NCBI RefSeq assembly: GCF_009914755.1
Contig: NC_060931.1
Origin: the human T2T-CHM13v2.0 reference genome, Homo sapiens
Reading direction: 5' to 3' (one strand)
Length of the DNA: 64,000 nt
Under the pieces are notes generated by a model, which worked only from the letters and a program-made list of their open reading frames with translations, made no database searches and was not told the DNA's origin. This document shows, one piece after another, positions 53,084 to 64,000 of this stretch (position 1 is the stretch's first letter; each line of letters opens with the position of its first letter). The translations under genes and the position numbers were made by a program.

Positions 53084-55520
53084 TTATTATTCCCATTTAT
53101 GCATAAATTGTCTCATCTTTAGAGAGAACTGAGTCTTTTTCACAGAACCCTAGTAGTTTTTGATGGCTTTTTTGATTTCTCATTTAACACAAAGTCCCTT
53201 AACCTGTACATTTCCTGTCCCAGATCTGTTTTTCTAGGATGCCAGGTTCCTTGTATTAGGAAATGGTATTTAGAGTCCACAGTCTATTACTGGATTTGTC
53301 ATTGTTTCTAGGCCTTTTCAGTGGATAGTACTAGAACTCTATTTTTTTAAGATTAGATACATTATTAATTCACAGTGATAGTTCCAATTCAAAGATTTAC
53401 ATTCAGAATGATAAGGCATTTATTTAGTTTCAGTGATATTATTATCTCTTTTCACTCATGCCAAAAATATTAGTTATGAGCAACACACAGTTGTTTATTT
53501 GCTTTATTCCACTTTAATCTCAATGCAATACTACTGTCAATAATTTGATGACTGGTAGTGGTTTAAGAATGTTGTAGTTACCTTTGTCCTTTAGGTATAT
53601 CTCACTGGAGGTAAATTCTTGTATTTTAAGGTCACTTGGAATTGTTATTTTATGTGGGATTATGTTTTAGATATATTTGTTTCACAAAATCTCTTACTTG
53701 CTTTGTAGACATGTTGAGTCTGGTTTATTTAATATATACAGTTCTTCAAGTATATTTAAAAATACTGAATTTGGGACAAAAAATTTTACACACAATACTT
53801 TAGGAACCTCTCTTTTAAAATTGATGTACATGAATATTTTCCACAATCATGAGGAATTTTTTCTAGGCAATATTTTTCTTCTCAGTTCAAGCAGTAGAAT
53901 TGTTTTGTGAAAATTTAAGTAATTTACATGGAAGACATCTGATATATAACAGCCCTCTGATTGAAAAAGAACTCTTCCTGTTGCAGCTCTTTGTAATGTC
54001 AACGAGAATCTGAATATTTGTTTTATGGGGTTTTTTCTTTGTTACTTTTTAGTGCAGAAACTGAATAACTAAACAGCAGGGGATTAGAAATTGTGGGCAT
54101 CCAGTGGGCTGATGTATTTCTTAAGTATTCAGATGAAAAGTGCTTGTTTCCCTTAATCTGTCATCTACCTGAAGATACCCAGAAATGGGTGAGTGACAAA
54201 ATGGAGTTCCCTAGAATGACATTTTTCTAAACTGGCTATACTTCAGAATGACTTAAGGAGCTCTTGAGATTCCTACACTTCACTTCAGACATTTTGAATG
54301 GAATCTTTAGGAAATGGGTCCAGTAATTTATATTCCACCTCTTTGTAGGATGTTTTTTAAACACACCTAGATCAGCCAGATTTAGAAACCATTGTTTTGG
54401 AACTTAAAAATTGTGGGCTGGGGATGCCAGAGGGATAATACTTTTAGTGGCAGGAATAAAGGGATCATAAATAGAACTGGCCTAGTGAAACTTTACCTGT
54501 CTTAGACCCTTTTCTTCTACATAGTGGAATGTTTTTCATTGGCTTGACATTTATGTCATAATAACCAAACAGAATGCTGTCTGATCCAGGGATGTCTCAG
54601 ATCAGATGGCTTAGGAGAAATCTGAGCAACCCCAGGGAAAGGCAATATGGAATAGACACTTTTCCTTTTACTAATTTTATATATATTGTATGCTTAATAG
54701 GTGATATCTTAGAAATTTACAAATAGTCCTGCCCATCTCACAAGAGACCAGTTAAAGCTTTAGAGATGAAGTACTATTAATAAGTAGTGCCTACAGTGTT
54801 GTTTTTTCTGTAACCCTTTTGAGAACTTTGAATGTCACGGGTTTCAATGATGATAGCCAATTATTTTGAGGACTAGCAGATATGGTAAGGAAAAATCAAA
54901 GACCTATCACAGTAGGAATACTTGAAGAAAACGGGCAGATCCAAATGGCTTATAACCAATAGGCTAAACCCAAGATGCATTTGATTCATCAAATAAGTAA
55001 AACACGTTCAGTCTATTCTATAAAGAAAGATGGTCTTTCTTGCTTGATCAATCTGTCAGCAGCTCTCATGTTAGAAACTGGGTGTTTATGTTAAATTATA
55101 CAGGTAGAGTATTGACATGTATTAGCTGTGTAACTGAATGCAAGTTACTTAATTTCTCTTAGCTACAGCCTTCTCACCTTTAAATGGCAACATTATCTCT
55201 CTTACAAGGTTATTTATGAAGGAAGCTTTATGAGTCATCTGGCATGATTTCTAGCAAGTAGACCAAACATTCACTCAGGTATATGAACAACTGCCTCATG
55301 CTGCCAGGTGTTTAGAATATAGCAATCACCAAAACAGAAGGGTAGTTTGTCTCTTTCCTACTCTAGAAAGTAAGCTCCACAGAGACGGGGCATTTATCCA
55401 TTGCCATATCCCTAGCTCTTATAAACCACACAGCACATACTAAACACTCACATATGTGCATAGTTAACAAATAAATGAAGCTTAATTCTAAAGGGATATC
55501 AGACAAAAGTTAATAAAATA

Positions 55521-55754
55521 GGCCGGGCGTGGTGGCTCACGCCTGTAATCCCAACACTTTGGGAGGCCGAGGTGGGTGGATCACGAGGTCAGGAGATCAA
55601 GACCATCCTGGCTAACACGGTGAAACCCCATCTCTACTAAAAATATACACACAAAAAATTAGCCGGGCATGGTGGCACGCGCCTGTGGTCCCAGCTACTC
55701 AGGAGGCTGAGGCAGGAGAATGGCATGAACCCAGGAGGTAGAGGTTGCAGTTAG
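55521..55754 (+). mobile_element. 3'-truncated AluY/Sc-like element
   Basis: Intact head, stops at gaggttgcagttag. Confidence 0.9.
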
Positions 55755-56258
55755 TAAAATAAAAAATGTGAAAAGTGCTATGAAGGAAACAGAGGGCTAA
55801 GGATGAGAAAACAATAGGGGTGACTTTCACTGGATAAAGTGGTTGGAGATTTTTCTGATTTATCTAAAGAGCTATGAGAAGAGTAGAAGAAAGAGCATCT
55901 CAGGCAGAGGGAACTTTATTTGCAAGGGCCCTGAGATGGAAAATCACTGAACCGAGTAGACTAAGTATGCTTAGAACTGGTGAGCAATCGACAGAATGGC
56001 AGGATATGAAGTTGCAAAATCAGAATAGAGCATTTACCTGTCTGACAATTGTATTTTTAATGATAGTTTGCTTTTACTTGGTCTTTATATATTTAATTAC
56101 AAATTACTGATATTTTGTTTAAATCTACCACATTTTTCCATTTGACTGTTTATTTTTATGTCCTTTCTTTCTTTTAGATTAAGTCTTTTTTCTTCTCACC
56201 CCCTCACCCCTCCCCCCTGGTTATACATTCTTTTACTATTCTTTTTGTTATTCCATAG

Positions 56259-56560
<302 letters not shown>

Positions 56561-56703
56561 TGCAGCATACATCCTTAGCTGAGTAAAGCTTAATGTAAAT
56601 TAGTACATTTACCACTTCTACTTTTTGGACAATATAAAAACATAAAACTTTTTACAACTGTATTTACCACCTTCCCCACTTGCTTCCCCCTGTGATATAT
56701 GGG

Positions 56704-57177
<474 letters not shown>

Positions 57178-57589
57178 AATGACTTTTGTTTTTGAATTTT
57201 TAGCTCAACACATTTAAGATCCTCGAGACATGACTATTATTACTTTTTGCATATTTATCCTTTCTGTACTAATTTTTTTTCTTTAATCTCTAGAGGTTCA
57301 TTAGAATTAAAATCTAGCAAAACTTTAATTTTGGGGTCTGTGATCATTTTTCTTCTGTCTGAAGAACTTACTTTAGTATTTTCTCAGTACAGATTCTAAA
57401 TACAGATTCTTTCCTTTTTGGTTTCTGAAAAGATTTATTTAGTTTTACTTTTAAGTGATATTTTCAGTGTGTACAGAATTTCAAGGTTGGCATTCATTTT
57501 CTTTTAGTACAGTTGATTCTTGAACAAGGAGGGCATTAGGAGCACTGACCCCTACACAGTTGAAAATCTGTGTGTACCTTTTGACTCCC

Positions 57590-57593
<4 letters not shown>

Positions 57594-57622
<29 letters not shown>

Positions 57623-57898
57623 ATGGAGTCTCGCTCTGTCGCCCAGGCTAGAGTACAGTGGTGTGATCTCGGCTCACTGCAACCTCCTCCTCCCGGGTTC
57701 AAGCAATTCTCCTGCCTCAGCCTCCTGAGTAGCTGAGACTACAGGCAGGCACCACCATGCCCAGCTAATTTTTGCATTTTTAGTAGAGACGAGGTTTCAC
57801 CATGTTGGCCAGACTGATCTCGAACTCCTGACCTTGTGATCCGCCCACCTCGGCCTCCCAAAGTGCTGGGATTACAGGCGTGAGCCACCGTGCCTCGC
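57594..57898 (-). mobile_element. AluS element
   Basis: Reverse Alu with long poly-T. Confidence 0.93.
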
Positions 57899-58419
57899 TC
57901 ACTGCCTTAAAAATTTAACCACTAATAGCCTACCATTGGCCAGAAGTCTTACTGATAACAAAAAGAAAATTAACACATAATTTGTATGTTATTTGTATTA
58001 TATGCTGTATTCGTACAATAAAGTAAGCTAGAGAAAAGAAAATGGTATTGAGAAAATCATAAGGAAGAGAAAATAGATGACATAAGTACTGTACTGTATT
58101 GATTGATACTGTAAGGTTATGTCATCTGTTTATAAGACGAATAGTCTGCCTGAAATACAGCTTCAGACCTCAATCTATGGTATATATCCAGATTTTCAAC
58201 TTTTCCTTTTAATGTCATAACTTTTCTCTGCTTTTTGAGCGCTCTTCCAGCACCACTTGGGGCACTTCATATGATTCCCATGTTTCTTATTCAAGGTTTA
58301 GGGTATTGCAGTAGACATGGTGAAAAACAAGTGAGAACCGTGAGGGATCACTTTTTACTGCAATACGCAATTTACTGGAGAGACAACTGCTCACACGGTA
58401 GTGATTAGCGTGACATGAC

Positions 58420-58775
<356 letters not shown>

Positions 58776-59096
58776 TGAATTTTATGCAATTATGATTGAA
58801 TACGGCATCTTTATTTTTGTTTACATTTCTGTCAACAGCAAGTGGTGTCATGTACGGTCTGTAAATGTGTGAGGGAAAGTTTTGGTAAATTTTAACTTTT
58901 TATAAAAGATGTGTATATTTTAGGATGGTAAATAATAAAATAGACTATGTCTACATATATTTTATGCATTCATGACATACCTTTTTAAAAGTTTTTTGCT
59001 TTTCTAGGTGATGCAGTTCATCTGTGAGTTTTTCAATTTGCTCCGAATCTCCAAAAATTTTTCTAATATATTTTCTAAAAAAAATCTGCCAAAGTA

Positions 59097-60605
59097 TGTC
59101 AGGAGAGTGGGGAAAGAAATTCAAAGTATTTTTGAGAAAGTGAGCTATCCTCTCAACAACAATAATCACAGACAGAAGATTTCTGTGACAAAATGTGTGG
59201 GGATTTCTCCTCACCAGCAAGCAAGCAAGCCATCAATTCTGCAGCACAAACCACCTAGGTGTCCTCCAATTCAAGTCAATTCTCACACTATTTTCCTGCA
59301 CATAAGACCACAGGTTGAAGCCAGGTGCGGTGGCTCACACCTGTAATCCCAAGACTTTGGGAGGCTGAGGCAGGTGGATCACCTGAGGTCAAGGGTTCAA
59401 GACCAGCCTGGCCAATGTGGTGAAACCCCATCTCTACTAAAAATACAAAAATTAGCTGGGCACGGTGGCAGGCGGCTGTAGTCCCAGCTACTTAGGAGGC
59501 TGAGGCGGGAGAATTGCCTGAACATGGGAGGCGGAGGTTGCCGTGAGCCGAGATGCACCATGGCACCCCAGCCTGGGCGACAAGAGTGAAACTCTGTCTC
59601 AAAAAGAAAAAAAAAACACAGGTTGAGGGCTCAGTGCCCAAGACCGCCCCTGACCCTCATCAGTCACAAGTCTGGGCCTGTGGAACTTCTGACCTGCCAG
59701 CTTCAATGTGGAGTTTCCACACCCTCTCTTTGGGTTTGATTAATTTGCTAGAGTGGCTCGCAGAATTCAGGGAAACTGAATATATAAGTTTATTTCTTTG
59801 CTTTTTTTTTTTCCTCCTGCTTTTGTTGCACCCTTCAAGGAAAGAGGCCACCATAAGGCCGAGCTGAGGTACCAAGGGGACCTTCTCTCTCTCTTCCCAT
59901 TGCAAAAGTCACACAAGTGAAGCCAGGTGTAACTATACATAGCTGAGAGTGTTATTTACTGGTTTATTACAAAGGGTATTACAAAGGATGTAGGTGAAGA
60001 AATTCACAGGGCAAGGTATAGGGGAAGAGGTTCAGGGTGTCCATGCCCTTCCTGACCACCAGCCTCCAGGAGCCTCCAATGTGTTCAGCTATCCAGAAGC
60101 TCTTGAAACCCAGTCTTCTTGTGTCTTTTATGGAGGCTTCACTGGATAGGCAAAATCGACAGCTGTGTAGAAATGTGATTAGACACAAAATGTATGATCT
60201 AATACTAATAGGCTGAGTGGGAAAACCCAGCAAGGTCTATCTGTTCAGATTCTTTTTGTCCTCTCTCTGCTACATTCTTTCCTCCAGGGAATGGGGCAGG
60301 ACCTCTTCTGAAATGGGTGTCTTATGACCTACAATCACATAAGTCAGAGAATTTCTTTATGGCCAGCTCTAAGACAGAAAGGCAGGGAAGATTTCTGACT
60401 TTGGAAGAGGAGGAGCAGATGAAAGGAGGCAGGAGGTAAGAGAGATTCTGTTTTCTGAGGCCTGTTATCTGAGGTTTTAAGTGCCCCAACATTATAACTA
60501 AAGACTGTAACAAGGGATATGGGAGTTATAAGCCAGGAACTATGGACAAAAGCCCATATATATAGATATTATAAAATCTATTTATATATATCTCATAATA
60601 TCACA
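59097..60605 (-). mobile_element. MER21-like LTR interrupted by an Alu and an unidentified insert
   Basis: cagaagatttctgtgacaaaatgtgtgggg...gggtttgattaatttgctagagtggctc...ggagttataagccaggaactatggac...ataatatcaca. Confidence 0.75.
59320..59616 (+). mobile_element. AluS element
   Basis: Full Alu with TSD cacaggttga. Confidence 0.93.
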
Positions 60606-60943
60606 CGTCATTCTATTTTCTTCTTGTTTCCATTGTTTTTGTTGGGAGGTCAGCTGTTGGTCTAATTTTTGCTCTTGTGAAGGTAGTATGTCGTTTATTC
60701 TCTGGTTGCTTATAAGATTTTTCTTTGTTTTTAGCTTTTGCAGTGGGACTATGTGTCTAGGGATGGTTTTCTTTGTACTCTTTTGTTAGAGCTTTGTAGA
60801 GCTTCTTGAATACATGGCTTGAAGCACCTGTCAGATAACATCAACATCTAGGTATCTATGGGTCTCTCTCTTATTTTAATCAACTTTTGCCCTTTTACAT
60901 TTCTTCTTTTTATCTGATTGACTGCCAAACATTGTAAATAAAA

Positions 60944-61001
60944 ATTTTAGTTATGATTTGAGGCTCAGTAGGATTTTAGTTATGATTTGAGGCTCAGTAG
61001 G
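60944..61001. repeat. Perfect 29-bp tandem duplication
   Basis: ATTTTAGTTATGATTTGAGGCTCAGTAGG present twice. Confidence 0.95.
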
Positions 61002-61414
61002 GTGTTATCTTTCCCCAGAGAGATTTTATTTTTGTTACTGGCAGCAAGGGTTGAGTTAGATCACCTCTGTGGGTTTGATTTATTTCAGATCTTTCCCCCA
61101 CATTTTCACTTTCTTTGTAGCTCTCTGATGCCTTCAAACAGTTAAAAAACAAAAATTGTCTAGTTTTTCCAGTTCTCTCAGCTGGAAGATTGTTCTGAAA
61201 CAGTAAAAAATAAATTTTATTCTCAAAACAGTAGGAAGATACTAAAAAGTTTTAAGTAAAGAATTGACATAACCTGATTTCCATTTTAAAATGAACTTAA
61301 TTGGTTGTTTCGTCATATCTTTCCTTAAAATGTCCCCAAAGCTTTCTTTTACCTACATTTCTGTTGTTATCATCCTGGTCTAAACTCTATCTAAGTCACT
61401 AACTTGGATTATTG

Positions 61415-61714
61415 TTTTTTGGTTTTTTGTTTTTGAGACTGAGTCTCGCTCTGTCACCCAGGCTGAAGGGCAGTGGCATGATCTCGGCTCACTGCAACCT
61501 CCGCTTCCCAGGTTCTGGCAATTCTCCTGCCTCAGGCTCCTGAGTAGCTGGGATTACAGGTGTGCACCACCACCCTCGGCTAATTTTTGTATTTTTAGTA
61601 GAGGCGGGGTTTCACCATGTTGGTTAGGCTGGTCTTGAATTCCTGACCTTGTGATCAGCCTGCCTTGGCCTCCCAAAGTGCTGGGATTACAGGCATGAGC
61701 CACTACACCCGGCC
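61415..61714 (-). mobile_element. AluS element
   Basis: Reverse Alu with TSD ggattattgttttt. Confidence 0.93.
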
Positions 61715-61839
61715 GGATTATTGTTTTTATCTCACTTTCTTGGTCTCCTGAAAGCCATCTAACATATCGATGTTAGATTCTTTATCCAGAGATTTGATTT
61801 CTTTTATGTCTGGATTTGCAAATTAAAAATAGCTATGAA

Positions 61840-62130
61840 GGCCAGGTGTGGTGACTCATGCTTGTAATCCCAGCATTTTAGGAGGACAAGGCAGGTGGGT
61901 CACTTGAAGTCAGGAGTTCGAGAGCAGCCTGGGCAACATGGAGAAACCCCATCTCTACTAAAAATACAAAAGTTAGCTGGCTGTGGTGGCACACACCTGT
62001 AATTTCAGGTATTTGGGTGGCTGAGGCATGAGATTTGCTTGAATGGGTGAGGCAAAGGTTGCAGTGAGCTAAGATCATGCCACTACCACCAGCTTGGGCA
62101 ACTGAGAGAGTCTGTCTCAAAAAAGAAAAA
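61840..62130 (+). mobile_element. Alu element (older, diverged)
   Basis: Dimeric Alu with A-tail. Confidence 0.9.
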
Positions 62131-62619
62131 GCGATGGGATTTTTAAAGTAGCACTATTAGTCACACAGAAAAGCAAATCAACTTAAGATCATTAATTAAC
62201 TTGCTGAAAGTTACACAGTTAAGGCAGAGCTACCTGTTGAATCTAGATCTCTTTAATTTTAGAACTTATATCAATTATTTCATATTGTAGATATGCATTC
62301 AAATTATATTTTCTTTAAATGAAGCAGCATTTATATTCTTTTGCTGCTAAAAAAATACTTAAAATTTAAGTAATAATAAAAAGTTAAAACTTTTATCGTT
62401 TGTGCTCATTGATGTCAAAGTTGCTTGAGCTGAAGTTGAGTAAAGAGTTTTCGAACCAAGTGACTGGTGCTTTCAGAATGGCAGAAACCATACTGGGAAT
62501 GAGGCCATCCAGGAGGAAACCCTTCTCTGTGAACATCTGAGTTTTTTTTTTTTTTTTTGTATTTTCTTTTTTTCAATTAGAGATTCAGGGATTTAAAATC
62601 CCATAAATAAAAAGTCCTG

Positions 62620-62874
62620 GGCTGGGCGTGGTGGCACACGCCTGTAATCCCAGCAATTTGGGAGGCTGAGGCGAGTGGGTCACCTGGGGTCAGGAGTTTC
62701 AGACCAGCCTGGCCAACATGGCGAAACTCCATCTCTACTAAAAATATAAAAATTAGCTGGGAGGCTGAGGCAGGAGAATTGCTTGAGTCCTGGAGGCGGA
62801 GGTTACAATGAGCCAAGGTTGTGCCATTGTGCCACTGCACTCCAGCCTGGGCCATACAACAAGACACTGTCTCC

Positions 62875-62902
<28 letters not shown>
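62620..62902 (+). mobile_element. Alu with deletion at the start of the right arm
   Basis: ttagctgg|gaggctgagg junction; TSD aaaagtcctgg. Confidence 0.9.
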
Positions 62903-62906
<4 letters not shown>

Positions 62907-63494
62907 TGGATATGGGTAAATAAGACTATAGAGATATTTAGCCAAAACAGCATGAGAAAGTGCATATTCTTTCTTTCACCTATATATTAGTTCCATCATT
63001 CTTCTATAATAGATCTGTAATGCATGAGGAAACTATGAAAAGCTACCATGTTAGGGGTGAAAAAAAAGGCAATCTTTCCAGATGTGGTTGCTAACAGATA
63101 ATAATAAAAAGTGAAGCCTTGAGCCAAGAAAAGCCCCAGCATGACTCAATATAGACCAAGGTTCCAGAAAGAACTAATTTCTTTCCAAACAAAGAACATG
63201 AAGTAAAGCACAGCTGATCCCTAGCTACTACATTCATTTCAGTTTTGTTTCCAACTATCTTTTCAGAGACGTTTGACACTAGCCTGTATCATTATTTATA
63301 CTATTCTAGAATATGAAATTCTAGAATATGTATACTTTCTATTTATACATAAACATTTACATTGATTTCATATATGTAATCATATTATTTTTAAAAGAGG
63401 GTATAAGGTATAATTTAGTGCTTTGTAATTCCTTATTCATTGATCAATATATATTTTTAAAAGATCAGAGGCTTTTTTTTCCAAACTTCAGATT

Positions 63495-64000
63495 CTTTTT
63501 TTAAAAAACTGTTGTGGGTACATAGTAGGTGTATATACTAATGGGAGTACGTGAGATGCCCTGATACAGGCATGTAGTGCATTATAATCATCACATCATG
63601 GAAAATAGGATATCTATACCCTTAAGCATTTATCCCCTGTGTTACAAACAATCCAATTATACTCTTTTAGCTATTTTAAAATGTACAATTAAGTTATTAT
63701 TTACTATAGTGACCCTGTTGTGCTATCGAATACTAGGTCTTATTCATTCTTTGTATCTATTTTTATTTTGTACCCATTAACCATCTCCAGTTCCTCTCCA
63801 CCCCTCCACTACCCTTCTCATCCTTTGGTAACCATCCTTCTACTCTCTAGCTCCATGGGTTCAATTGTTTTGATTTTTAGCTCCCACAAATAAGTGCAGA
63901 CATGTGAAGTTTGTCTTTCTGTGTCTGACTTATTTCATTTAACATGACTTCCAATTCCATCCATGTTGTTGCAAATGACAAAATCTCTCTCTTTTTTTTT
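63495..64000 (-). mobile_element. L1MA 3' end, continuing past the window edge
   Basis: gtgggtacatagtaggtgtatata...tgatacaggcatg...agctcccacaaataagtg. Confidence 0.85.

Overview
This is primate genomic DNA (human or great-ape-like), not microbial. It holds the last five coding exons of SCIN (scinderin/adseverin, gelsolin family, + strand, stop at 11803) and the complete ARL4A gene: CpG-island promoter, several candidate non-coding first exons and an intronless 200-codon CDS at 47328-47930. Between them lie a 5.8-kb two-LTR HERV-H provirus (18863-24669, TSD CACCA) in the same orientation as both genes, a 3'-truncated and internally deleted L1PA, and a CENPS (APITD1/MHF1) processed pseudogene with a 14-bp TSD just upstream of the ARL4A promoter. 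The rest is dense Alu, L1, L2, MIR, MaLR, ERV1-LTR and Tigger repeats. I found no convincing undescribed biological system. The best leads are regulatory: possible HERV-H LTR coupling to SCIN or ARL4A transcripts, a Phe-like primer-binding site, isoform-specific ARL4A uORFs, and an unidentified ~175-bp insert in a MER21-like LTR. Repeat subfamily calls are by eye and need RepeatMasker/Dfam confirmation.
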